A stretch of DNA of 64,000 nt from Candidatus Poribacteria bacterium. GTDB taxonomy: Bacteria > Poribacteria > WGA-4E > PCPOR2b. How positions within the stretch are numbered: position 1 is the first letter of the stretch; each line of letters opens with the position of its first letter. Position numbers and translations under genes: made by a program. The notes under the pieces were generated by a model. The model did not search any database. It saw only the letters and a list, made by a program, of their open reading frames with translations, and was not told the DNA's origin. Location: the NCBI GenBank assembly GCA_965116925.1, contig OZ220744.1, positions 2,176,001 to 2,240,000 on the forward strand. Reading direction: 5' to 3'. Below, piece after piece: positions 41,424 to 49,870 of this stretch.

Positions 41424-42779
41424 ATGAAGGATCTAATTATCATCGGCGGTGGGCTAGCCGGCAGCGAAGCGGCGTGGCAAGCGGCTGAACGTGGGGTCCA
41501 AGTACATCTTTACGAGATGCGTCCATCTACCGCGACAGGTGCCCATCTCACCGGTAATCTTGGGGAGTTGGTCTGTTCTAACTCGCTTGGATCTGATCTT
41601 CCAGATCGCGCCTCCGGCGTTCTCAAGGCAGAACTGCGCCGATTGGGATCGATGCTGCTGGAGTGTGCCTATAAAACGGCGTTGCCCGCGGGGAGTGCGT
41701 TGGCGGTAGATCGCGAAGCTTTTGCTCAACTCGTAACGACGCGGATCTCGAATCACCCCAAAATTGAGGTGATACGCGAAGAGGTTACCATCCTTCCTGA
41801 CAAACCTACCATCATTGCCTCCGGTCCACTGACCTCACCAAATCTCTCAAAAGCCATTGCTGCCTTGAGTGGACAGGAGCACCTTTACTTCTTCGACGCC
41901 ATCGCACCGATTGTGAACCTAGAGTCGATTAATACAGAAATTGCTTTCCGCGCTTCGCGCTATGGGCGCGGCGAACAGGTGGAGGGTGATTACATCAACT
42001 GTCCAATGAGCCGCGATGAATATGATGCCTTTGTCGCTGCGTTAGTCGGGGCGGAGCGCATTAGGTTGGAATCTTTCGAGCAGGAGTTAGAACAGGGGGT
42101 CAGGGCGGGTTGGCATCAATTCTTTGAAGGGTGTTTACCTGTTGAAATTATAGCGCGACGTGGTCATGAGAGTTTGGCTTTTGGTCCGATGCGTCCGGTG
42201 GGGTTGACCGACCCACGTACCGGACGGCGGCCTCATGCGGTAGTGCAACTGCGCCAAGACAACCTTGCCGGCACGCTCTATAACATGGTCGGTTTTCAAA
42301 CGAACCTGAAATTTCCTGAGCAGAAGCGGGTTTTCCGTATGATCCCCGGGCTTGAAAAAGCTGAGTTCGTGCGCTATGGACAGATGCACCGCAACACCTT
42401 TATTGATGCACCGACACTGTTACAGCCCACGCTTCAGTTCTGTGGACGCGAAAACCTCTTTTTTGCGGGGCAGATCACGGGCGTTGAAAGCTACATGGGT
42501 AACATTGCAACAGGCTTACTCGCTGGTTGGAACGCTGCACGTCTCCTACACGGTCAAGCCCCATTATCCCTACCAATTACTACGATTCTTGGGTCGCTTT
42601 GTCACTACGTGACCCACGCCAGTCCCGCCGATTTTCAACCGATGAAGGCGAATTTCGGGATCTTACCCCCCTTGAACACAAATGAACGTCTCAATAAACG
42701 GAAACGCGCTGCCGCTTATGCAGGACGGGCATTGGCAGATCTAGAGATTTTTCTGTTAGATCTTGATGACGAAATTTAA
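41424..42779 (+). CDS. trmFO: FADH2-dependent tRNA (uracil-54) methyltransferase
   Basis: [60 protein letters not shown]. Confidence 0.97.
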   Translation: MKDLIIIGGGLAGSEAAWQAAERGVQVHLYEMRPSTATGAHLTGNLGELVCSNSLGSDLPDRASGVLKAELRRLGSMLLECAYKTALPAGSALAVDREAFAQLVTTRISNHPKIEVIREEVTILPDKPTIIASGPLTSPNLSKAIAALSGQEHLYFFDAIAPIVNLESINTEIAFRASRYGRGEQVEGDYINCPMSRDEYDAFVAALVGAERIRLESFEQELEQGVRAGWHQFFEGCLPVEIIARRGHESLAFGPMRPVGLTDPRTGRRPHAVVQLRQDNLAGTLYNMVGFQTNLKFPEQKRVFRMIPGLEKAEFVRYGQMHRNTFIDAPTLLQPTLQFCGRENLFFAGQITGVESYMGNIATGLLAGWNAARLLHGQAPLSLPITTILGSLCHYVTHASPADFQPMKANFGILPPLNTNERLNKRKRAAAYAGRALADLEIFLLDLDDEI

Positions 42780-42784
42780 CATAT

Positions 42785-42902
42785 AGGACTTACGCATTTC
42801 AGCACAGTTGGTGCGGGACAAGTCCGAGGAGTATCCGTCCGTGCCCCCGATAGATCGGGACAGGCAGGATACAAGTACCTACAGTTGGCTGGATAAATCC
42901 TA
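42785..42902. mobile_element. Degenerate TAGGACTTACGCA-ended MITE (family B)
   Basis: Left end TAGGACTTACGCA; degenerate right end GGATAAATCCTA; internal CCCGATAGATCGGG palindrome. Confidence 0.5.
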
Positions 42903-42947
42903 AAAGTGTTAGATTTTGTTAGATTTTGCCAAGGGTGCCGTTAAAGT

Positions 42948-43204
42948 TAGGACTTACGCAGTAGGAGAGAATTCCGATTCTCGACATATGTGGTGTTTGA
43001 GGCTATGTTCCTGTCTTGATAAATTTAGTCTTTACATTTTCCATATTTGAAGCGTGCAATTCCTCCCCGTTCCGCTACCTCTGCGCGTGTGTAATGCGCT
43101 GGCATCTGCGGGGATTTCCATCGTCCCGCGACTTGCATATCCACAACAGACACTCCAGCTTGAGCAAGCGATATAGCAGATACACTTTAACTGCGTAACT
43201 CCTA
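42948..43204. mobile_element. TAGGACTTACGCA-ended element (family B) enclosing a REP and a recombinase fragment
   Basis: TAGGACTTACGCA (42948-42960) and TGCGTAACTCCTA (43192-43204), 12/13 inverted match; REP GTAGGAGAGAATTCCGATTCTCGAC at 42961-42985. Confidence 0.7.
43025..43186 (-). pseudogene. C-terminal fragment of a Cre-like tyrosine recombinase
   Basis: Manual translation SVSAISLAQAGVSVVDMQVAGRWKSPQMPAHYTRAEVAERGGIARFKYGKCKD*; W-x8-Y spacing as Cre W315/Y324; no start codon. Confidence 0.8.
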
Positions 43205-43278
43205 AAGCTGTTGAAGCTGCGCCTACTTCTGACGGTGTATGCTTCCAGAAAATAGTCAGCCAACGGTAGGATATCCAC
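43205..43278 (-). pseudogene. Possible short relic of a sigma54-dependent activator (bEBP)
   Basis: DILPLADYFLEAY...SFNSF resembles the EDI..LA..FL...GFS segment of NtrC-family AAA+ domains; only about 25 codons, bounded by MITEs. Confidence 0.45.
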
Positions 43279-43296
43279 TTTAAATTTTTGAGGAGT

Positions 43297-43399
43297 TATA
43301 GCGAATTCAAAAAATAAAGAAACACTTGCGCTCCCCCGGTAGGTGCGGTTTGTAACCGCATCGGTTTGGCGTGTCCAATTAATTCTAAAATCTACTATA
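43297..43399 (-). mobile_element. Correia/RUP-like MITE, family A, copy 2 (103 bp)
   Basis: TATAGCGAATTC...ATTAATTCTAAAATCTACTATA; internal REP GTAGGTGCGGTTTGTAACCGCATC. Confidence 0.85.
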
Positions 43400-43474
43400 A
43401 ATCAATAGTTTAACTCTAAAAAAAATAAATTAGAGGGGAGTTGTGCAGTTTGTATTATACCCTATCTCAAGCGC

Positions 43475-43667
43475 TAGGGCAATCGCATGTAAATATTGTG
43501 TAGGATTTACACCCTTGAATTGTGAAAATTATTTCGTATTTCCTATCGTAGGTACAGATTTCCAATCTGTACGTGCCCCAGGGCAGCACATCTACGCTAC
43601 AACAGGGGATTACCCAGTGTTCTGATTGCCCAACTGCCTAATTCCTATAACAAATGCGATTGCCCTA
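43475..43667. mobile_element. ISAs1-type MITE (193 bp)
   Basis: Perfect 14-bp TIRs TAGGGCAATCGCAT / ATGCGATTGCCCTA; 10-bp flanking repeat TCTCAAGCGC / TCTCAAGCAC; internal REP at 43548-43572. Confidence 0.88.
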
Positions 43668-43777
43668 TCTCAAGCACTCGTTGAGGTTGGCAAGGCGGTG
43701 GGATATGTGATAAAATTTATCAAATTTCTCGGTAATGTACGGGTTTTGGTTTCCCCCTTAGAACTTGTGCGAGAGGA

Positions 43778-43826
43778 TTAGTAAAATTTACTAACATTAG
43801 TAAAATTTGCTAGCAATATTTACTAA
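43778..43826. promoter_or_regulatory. Three tandem palindromic sites, putative upstream activator (enhancer) sequences
   Basis: TTAGTAAAATTTACTAA (43778-43794), TTAGTAAAATTTGCTAG (43797-43813), CTAGCAATATTTACTAA (43810-43826); related TGATAAAATTTATCA at 43708-43722. Confidence 0.7.
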
Positions 43827-43913
43827 TAATCGAGTTATTTCCTTCAACGACTTTTTGACCATTTCGCCTTGAAAGCCCGATGCCCACTGGGTTTGGGCGA
43901 TTTTCGTCTCTTT

Positions 43914-43929
43914 TGGCATGTTAATTGCT
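43914..43929 (+). promoter_or_regulatory. Sigma54 (-24/-12) promoter
   Basis: TGGCAT-GTTAA-TTGCT with GG (43915-43916) and GC (43927-43928) at canonical spacing. Confidence 0.8.
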
Positions 43930-44117
43930 CCTTATGAGTTTGTGGTTGAATCCTTTAACCGTAACGCGTAGCGGAAAAGCATAGATTTTCAATGATTAGC
44001 AATAGATTAGCTTATTCTCAAAGCGGGTGTGCTAAGACATTTTGTGAAGTTGAAAATCTTTTCTTTCCGGACAGAATGCTAAACGCATTCTTAACAGTTT
44101 ATAGGAGGAATTAAAGT

Positions 44118-44280
44118 TAGGACTTACGCAATTCAGTAGAATGCCTTAATGGAGTCCCTACTGAAGTTGCCCGTCTCTTAATCCCGATAAATCGGGGATT
44201 CATCGGACGTTGGGAATTGTGTCCTGCAGCGATTCATCACCAAACTACAGGATCTCGATCGTTCAACTGCGTAAGTCCTA
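44118..44280. mobile_element. TAGGACTTACGCA-ended MITE (family B, 163 bp)
   Basis: Perfect 13-bp TIRs TAGGACTTACGCA / TGCGTAAGTCCTA; imperfect flanks TAAAGT / TAAGGT; internal CCCGATAAATCGGG. Confidence 0.85.
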
Positions 44281-44475
44281 TAAGGTGTTATTTGTTTCTA
44301 ACGTAGAAGTTTTTTCCCTAACGGAATGCTAACGCATTCCCTTTAATGCCAAAAGTTTCGACAAAAACAAAGGACTGTGTGATTCGACGATGCAGCCTTT
44401 TTCTGTGCCGATTTATCGGCATCCTCGACAAGTCGGGATTTTCAGGTCGAAACGATGGCTACAAGGAGATTCACT

Positions 44476-44874
44476 ATGTTTGCAACAAAAGGACGGTTGA
44501 AAGTCTTGTTGCTAGTAGTTTCGTTGTTGGTGGTTGGTTTGGGGATGTATGCGGCTTTTCAGGTTCAGGAAGTTCATGCCCATGTTAGATTCCATTCGGG
44601 GGCCGACAATGATTTATTTCACTACAGCAAATCCGGCCACAAATACAAGTGGAAAGATATGTCGTCGGATACGATCAGTGGTACTTGCTCGTATTGTGGA
44701 AGTTCGACTACAATCAATCGAACTCGCGTCAGAGAGGAGTGCTGGAATGTAACAAACACCTATCACCGTATAGTTCATTCTTTCTGTCACAGACATTGGC
44801 TTAATATAAAATGGGCACGGTATTATTGGCGGCTTGATTCGGTAACGTGTTCAAATTCAAGCTGCGGAGGTTAG
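44476..44874 (+). CDS. Secreted Cys/His-rich small protein (132 aa), function unknown
   Basis: AAGGAG RBS; signal peptide ending EVHA; mature part has 6 Cys (CSYC...C...C...CSNSSC) and many His/aromatic residues. Confidence 0.8.
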   Translation: MFATKGRLKVLLLVVSLLVVGLGMYAAFQVQEVHAHVRFHSGADNDLFHYSKSGHKYKWKDMSSDTISGTCSYCGSSTTINRTRVREECWNVTNTYHRIVHSFCHRHWLNIKWARYYWRLDSVTCSNSSCGG

Positions 44875-44956
44875 TTGAATCCGTATGAGCGCGTGGTTCG
44901 GGGCAGGTGGTTAACCTTGTCCTAGCCCATACATACTTATTGAGGAGGTTATTACC

Positions 44957-46312
44957 ATGTTCAATCGTCGTTTCATACCCTATATCATTCTGGCAGGACT
45001 GATACTGGTGTTATCGGCCTGCTACATCAGTTATAGGGCATATCAGAAACACCTTGCATTCGAGCGATTTATCTCGGACGCCTCATCGTTTAATAGGTCT
45101 ATTGAACACAACGACAAAGATAGGCATGTTCATCCTACCGATACGCATAGCCATCGACAGCGTGATGCCGATAGCAATCCAGTCCCACCAGCAGCAGATG
45201 ATATCGCTAACCCCTTTTTCATTGGCAAACAGGGCAATGAGTATGTTTATAAAGTCGGTGTGGGAGATTACGGGCATATCTATACATCTGAACCTTTTGA
45301 TCGGGGGTTTATAGAGATGCAAGCGTGGGAGATTACGGGCGAAAAAACCCCTTATGTGGAGAAGCGTCTAAAGGAGCTTGCCGAGAATTCGCCCTATAAA
45401 GGTCAGGTTGTCCAGCGAATCGTAACCCCTGACGGTCAACTGCACAACGTGATTGTCCCGCACGACAGGCAGTATGAGGAAGGGGACGCGATATTACGGT
45501 CAGAGTTAGACCCGCCGATTTTAGAAGCACTTGAGCAGGACCAGCCCCCAGCGCGTGTTGAGGTAGCAGGCGAACCGATACCCGATGAATACTATGCGAT
45601 AGAAGATCCCTATGAACGTCACGAGTTCATAGACAAGGTCGGACTCAGTAAACAATTAAAGATCTCGATGGTGGAGATTGAAGCAAAGATAGCAAAGGGT
45701 GAAATTGATGTGTCGTTATCGGCGACACAAAAAGAGAATGTCGATAACAACCTGGCAATGGAGGAAAGAGGACGTATATTAAACTCTTTTGCCAAACCGG
45801 TTCCGTCTGATAAACCGCCGGTGAAGGTGCGGTTGCTGTCTGATACTGCTGAAGACGCACTACCGGGGTGGATGCGAAAATTGGGGGACACCCTCCCGTC
45901 AGGAAGTAGCGAGGCAGTACCCGATGGGGACTATTCAGCAACAGACCCCTTTTCTGAGGGAAGCATCAATGAAGATGCAAGTGGTGCCCCGGTTCGCTCT
46001 GATGTTCCTGTATCTCCATCAGATCTCCCCGATATAGTCAAGCCTATATCCCCTCAAAGTGTAGCGGACATTGAAAAACAGTTGACACCACAGGGGATTG
46101 AAGCGGAACTGAGCGAAGGGCTATCACCGGAGCGTTTTGATAAGGCACAACAGTTGATAGACCAGTACGGCACAGAGGAGGGGCTTCGTCGCCTACGGAC
46201 GATGGATCCTGAAGCAGCTCGTCGATTTGAGTCCGATAAATCGAGACCAAAGCGGGAGCGACGCAATTCACCTACCCGTGACACATCGGATGATGCAGCC
46301 TCGACACAGTAG
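44957..46312 (+). CDS. N-terminally membrane-anchored hypothetical protein (451 aa)
   Basis: GAGGAGG RBS; single N-terminal TM, His-rich linker, acidic Pro/Ser-rich region, C-terminal helical SPERFDKAQQLIDQYGTEEGLRRLR..DPEAARRFE block. Confidence 0.85.
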   Translation: MFNRRFIPYIILAGLILVLSACYISYRAYQKHLAFERFISDASSFNRSIEHNDKDRHVHPTDTHSHRQRDADSNPVPPAADDIANPFFIGKQGNEYVYKVGVGDYGHIYTSEPFDRGFIEMQAWEITGEKTPYVEKRLKELAENSPYKGQVVQRIVTPDGQLHNVIVPHDRQYEEGDAILRSELDPPILEALEQDQPPARVEVAGEPIPDEYYAIEDPYERHEFIDKVGLSKQLKISMVEIEAKIAKGEIDVSLSATQKENVDNNLAMEERGRILNSFAKPVPSDKPPVKVRLLSDTAEDALPGWMRKLGDTLPSGSSEAVPDGDYSATDPFSEGSINEDASGAPVRSDVPVSPSDLPDIVKPISPQSVADIEKQLTPQGIEAELSEGLSPERFDKAQQLIDQYGTEEGLRRLRTMDPEAARRFESDKSRPKRERRNSPTRDTSDDAASTQ

Positions 46313-46336
46313 GGTTGCGTCTGAGATTCACACTGT

Positions 46337-46377
46337 AAGCGGTATCACGCCCTTTTGGGGGGTGATACCGCTTTTTT
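46337..46377 (+). terminator. Rho-independent terminator closing the two-gene module
   Basis: AAGCGGTATCAC...GTGATACCGCTT stem followed by a T run. Confidence 0.88.
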
Positions 46378-46452
46378 ATTTATCTCTGAGAAAAAAGTCA
46401 GGGACTGGCTTTTTAACCCTTCCCCTTGCATATACGCCTTGACTAGATCTTC

Positions 46453-47154
46453 TTATACCGTAATTTTCGTTATCCATCCAGAGGTGGCGTCGCAGTAAAG
46501 AAAATCATCACCGAAGGCCGAAAGACCGTGTGGTTCGGGTTCGTCTTCTGGTACTTCAATCCGATCTAACTCCTCACCGCTATCCAGATCGAGTTTAACG
46601 ATCACCCGGTCGGAGGTGTGCACAACCCATGCCCCGTCCTCCACCCGCACAACGCCGTGTCCTCGTCCGTACGGTAACGGAATCGAGTGCTGCACAGACC
46701 AATCCGAAATCCGCACTTTGTGCATGATCTGGTTTTTCAGTGTTTGGACCCAGAGATAGCCCTCTTCATAATGATCGTATTCCACGCCGTGCGTGCCACC
46801 GCCATCCGGTATCGGATACCGACCGAGGCATTCGCCGGTATGTGGATCGGTCTTAATAATCTCTCCCAGCCCCGGTTTTGCATCGTTCGGCCGCGCTGGA
46901 CGCCACTGCTCACCGGCACCGTTCGCCGCTAGCCAGAGTGCGCCATCGCCATAACACATCCCACTGGTATTGGAGCAGTCGCTCGGAATATCCCGGACTA
47001 GCTTGGTCACTCCGTAGCCAGAGGGTTCAGTAATCTCTACCAATGCCACCCTGTCAGTAATTTGATCCGCAATCCACAGACCTTCATCTGTCACTTGCAA
47101 GCCGTTGGGTACGCCGTAAGGTGCACGAAATAGCTTCTCAATTTTTCTGCCCAT
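46453..47154 (-). CDS. Hypothetical beta-propeller-like protein (Vgb/YncE-like repeats)
   Basis: Repeated P.G/HG-hydrophobic...LW units about 40 aa apart; AAGGA RBS. Confidence 0.75.
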   Translation of the reverse strand: MGRKIEKLFRAPYGVPNGLQVTDEGLWIADQITDRVALVEITEPSGYGVTKLVRDIPSDCSNTSGMCYGDGALWLAANGAGEQWRPARPNDAKPGLGEIIKTDPHTGECLGRYPIPDGGGTHGVEYDHYEEGYLWVQTLKNQIMHKVRISDWSVQHSIPLPYGRGHGVVRVEDGAWVVHTSDRVIVKLDLDSGEELDRIEVPEDEPEPHGLSAFGDDFLYCDATSGWITKITV

Positions 47155-47426
47155 CTGTTTGTCCTTCCTTTATATTAGACTGCTATAGTAGTTACCTCCA
47201 AAAATTATAGCATGATTTCCCAAAAATACAACAAAATTTCCATATAACCTAAAATCCATTGCAGTAATATGAAAACTCGTCCCCTCGCTTCCTCTAATTC
47301 TTCCCTGTATTACTCCGCGTTCTCCATGTCCCCTGATCTTATCGGGACTCAAAGCAATCTGCGGTAAAGTGTCCCCGGATAGAATTGAGATTCAAATTGC
47401 ATATTTCTAATGATTCGGGAAAACGG

Positions 47427-47455
47427 TTGCGTTTCTTTCTAAAACAGGGTAAAAT
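47427..47455 (+). promoter_or_regulatory. Probable sigma70 promoter of the pyr operon
   Basis: TTGCGT, 17 bp, TAAAAT about 90 bp before pyrK. Confidence 0.55.
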
Positions 47456-47545
47456 TATCAATGTCCTTCGTACTTGGTGGAGGAACTCACTCTGATAAAG
47501 CGTAAATAGCAACGCTTACGTTTGACTTGCGATGGCATAAATTCG

Positions 47546-48349
47546 ATGCTGACTCCCGCTAAAAAATTCGACCTTTCTACAGAAGTTATCTCTAACGAGC
47601 CGGTTGCCGAAAATCACTATTTACTGCGCTGTTCGTGTCCAGAGATCGCCACGAACGCACGCCCCGGACAGTTCATCCACGTGCTCATCCCACAAGGTAG
47701 TGGCTTACTCCTGCGTCGTCCATTTACAATCTATACTGTCGAGGGCAATCAGATCACGATGCTCTATCAGCTCATCGGTGAAGGGACAAATGTGCTGTCA
47801 CGTTTGCAGCGGGGTGATTCAATTCGAGTGCTGGGACCGCTTGGAAATACCTTTGAGATTTCACCAGCCCCCGATCCCGCTATAATTGTTGGTGGTGGAG
47901 CTGGCATAGCATCATTGATGTTACTTGCTGCTGTATTAAGGGAGGGAGGTGTAGGGGCGCTAGGCTTGGTTGGATCGATGAACAGAGCACGGTTATTGAG
48001 CGTGGAGGATTTGAAAGCTATCGGCGTTGAGACATACGTTGCAACCGATGATGGGAGTATTGGGCATCACGGATTCGTCACCGAACTGATCACACATATC
48101 CTCGAAACTCGTGAACTGAAAAATCCCATAATCTACGCTTGTGGACCCGACGGCATGCTGCGTGCCGTTACAAAAATTGCACTAGATTATCGTGTTCCCA
48201 CACAACTAGCGATGGAGAATCGGATGGGGTGTGCGTTGGGAGTCTGTCTCGGTTGCGTCTGCAAGGTGCAAATGCCGGACGGTGGGTTTGAGTATCAGCG
48301 GGTATGTACAGAGGGACCCGTGTTTAACGCTGAAGATATTATTTGGTGA
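47546..48349 (+). CDS. pyrK: Dihydroorotate dehydrogenase electron transfer subunit
   Basis: PGQF, LRRPF, GPLGN.F, ACGP..ML, ENRMGCALGVCLGC...RVCTEGPVF [2Fe-2S] motif. Confidence 0.95.
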   Translation: MLTPAKKFDLSTEVISNEPVAENHYLLRCSCPEIATNARPGQFIHVLIPQGSGLLLRRPFTIYTVEGNQITMLYQLIGEGTNVLSRLQRGDSIRVLGPLGNTFEISPAPDPAIIVGGGAGIASLMLLAAVLREGGVGALGLVGSMNRARLLSVEDLKAIGVETYVATDDGSIGHHGFVTELITHILETRELKNPIIYACGPDGMLRAVTKIALDYRVPTQLAMENRMGCALGVCLGCVCKVQMPDGGFEYQRVCTEGPVFNAEDIIW

Positions 48350-48356
48350 AAGATAG

Positions 48357-48411
48357 AGAAACCGAATTTTTTTGGAAGTAGGGGCGGGGTAACCCCGCCC
48401 CTACGGTTTCT
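48357..48411. repeat. AGAAACCGAG repeat, copy 2, interrupted by a GTAG-REP palindrome (48378-48404)
   Basis: AGAAACCGAA...[GTAGGGGCGGGGTAACCCCGCCCCTAC]GGTTTCTTTGTAC. Confidence 0.8.
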
Positions 48412-48467
48412 TTGTACGATTTCTTGACATGAGCGAACGTGAAAAGAATTTGAAAGGAGATTTAATC

Positions 48468-48809
48468 ATGGAGGCATTAACAGGGATGAAATGTGTTGCC
48501 TGCCGTCGGGACGCGCCAAAGGTTACTGAGGCAGAGGTTGCGGAATATCACCCACAAGTTTCCGACTGGGAGTTGATTGAACGCGATGAGATTAAGCGGC
48601 TAGAAAAGCTTTTCCAGTTTGACGGTTTCGCCCAAGCCTTGGCGTTCACGAACCGTGTGGGAGAACTGGCAGAGGAGGAAGGTCATCATCCCGCGCTCCT
48701 GACTGAATGGGGACGGGTGACTGTCACATGGTGGACGCACAAAATCCGAGGGCTGCATCGGAACGACTTCATCATGGCAGCAAAAACGGATGCGTTGTAT
48801 GCAGAGTGA
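48468..48809 (+). CDS. phhB: Pterin-4-alpha-carbinolamine dehydratase
   Basis: [43 protein letters not shown]. Confidence 0.93.
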   Translation: MEALTGMKCVACRRDAPKVTEAEVAEYHPQVSDWELIERDEIKRLEKLFQFDGFAQALAFTNRVGELAEEEGHHPALLTEWGRVTVTWWTHKIRGLHRNDFIMAAKTDALYAE

Positions 48810-48816
48810 GGAAAAA

Positions 48817-49743
48817 ATGAGTAATATCCAGTCTTCACTTGAAGTTAATGTTGCTGGTATCCAGATGAAAAACCCCGTTATGACCGCGTCCGGGACTTTT
48901 GGTTACGGCAGCGAATACGTGGACTTCATTGATCTGAACCAGCTTGGTGCAATCGTTGTCAAAGGCATCACCAGTGTGCCGTGGGCGGGCAATCCGATGC
49001 CGAGAATCTTTGAAACGCCATCGGGGATGCTCAACGCCATTGGGTTACAAAATGTTGGCGTGGATGGGTTTATCGATAAGAAGCTGCCCTACCTCCGCAA
49101 TTTCGATGTCCCCGTGATTGTCAACATCTGCGGCGAGCAGGTGGAAGAGTATTTGGAAGTTACGGAGAAATTGGACGCTGCCGATGGAGTTGCGGCAATC
49201 GAACTCAACATCTCTTGCCCAAATCTCCATTGTGGTGGGATGAGTTTTGGCGTTGACCCAAAGTTGACCGACGAACTCGTTAAAGGCGTTAGAGAAAAAA
49301 CTACCCTACCGTTACTAGTCAAACTCTCGCCAAATGTCACAGATATCACTGTCATTGCGCGTGCCGCAGAGGGTGCCGGTGCTGACGGGCTTTCCGTGAT
49401 TAACACTCCCCTCGGAATGGCAATTGACATCAACACCCGTCGTCCACAGCTTGCCAACGTGACAGGAGGGCTTTCTGGACCCGCCATTAAGCCGATTGCG
49501 CTGCGTATGGTCTGGCAAGTCTACAATGCTGTCAGTATTCCAATCATCGGCATGGGGGGGATCATGACCGGCGATGACGCTGTTGAGTTTTTCATTGGGG
49601 GTGCTTCTGCCGTTGCGGTCGGGACAGCAAACTTCATCAATCCACGCGCCTCCTTGGAGGTAGTTGACGGCATTCAAGAATATCTCGAACGGCATGAAAT
49701 GCGTTCGATCGCAGAATTGGTGGGAAGCCTAGAGGTCCCATAA
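48817..49743 (+). CDS. pyrD: Dihydroorotate dehydrogenase B catalytic subunit
   Basis: [44 protein letters not shown]. Confidence 0.97.
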   Translation: MSNIQSSLEVNVAGIQMKNPVMTASGTFGYGSEYVDFIDLNQLGAIVVKGITSVPWAGNPMPRIFETPSGMLNAIGLQNVGVDGFIDKKLPYLRNFDVPVIVNICGEQVEEYLEVTEKLDAADGVAAIELNISCPNLHCGGMSFGVDPKLTDELVKGVREKTTLPLLVKLSPNVTDITVIARAAEGAGADGLSVINTPLGMAIDINTRRPQLANVTGGLSGPAIKPIALRMVWQVYNAVSIPIIGMGGIMTGDDAVEFFIGGASAVAVGTANFINPRASLEVVDGIQEYLERHEMRSIAELVGSLEVP

Positions 49744-49788
49744 ACGAAAAAACCTGACTCAGGTAAAAAGAAAGTGCAAAGCGCAAAA

Positions 49789-49821
49789 AGAAACCGAGTT
49801 TTTTTTCAAAACTCGATTTCT
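49789..49821. repeat. AGAAACCGAG hairpin repeat, copy 3
   Basis: AGAAACCGAGTTTT...AAAACTCGATTTCT. Confidence 0.8.
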
Positions 49822-49870
49822 GTTGAACGAATTCTTTATATGAGCAAGGAATTTTTGATAAGGATTGCCT

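Noticed and set aside
43075..43278. 67-aa minus-strand ORF as a real gene
   Set aside because: It is a chimera of a possible bEBP relic, a MITE end and an out-of-frame recombinase fragment.
43778..43826. Repeated palindromes considered as a mini CRISPR array or lox/att sites
   Set aside because: No spacers between units and no cas genes; the single-base centre does not fit the 6-8 bp spacer of lox/dif-type sites. The position fits enhancer sites better.
47456..47545. pyr leader as a PyrR attenuator or riboswitch
   Set aside because: Only short hairpins; no PyrR-binding motif or terminator U-tract recognised.
48468..48809. phhB between pyrK and pyrD as a novel pathway link
   Set aside because: No evidence beyond adjacency; a repeat sits at the junction, consistent with incidental insertion.
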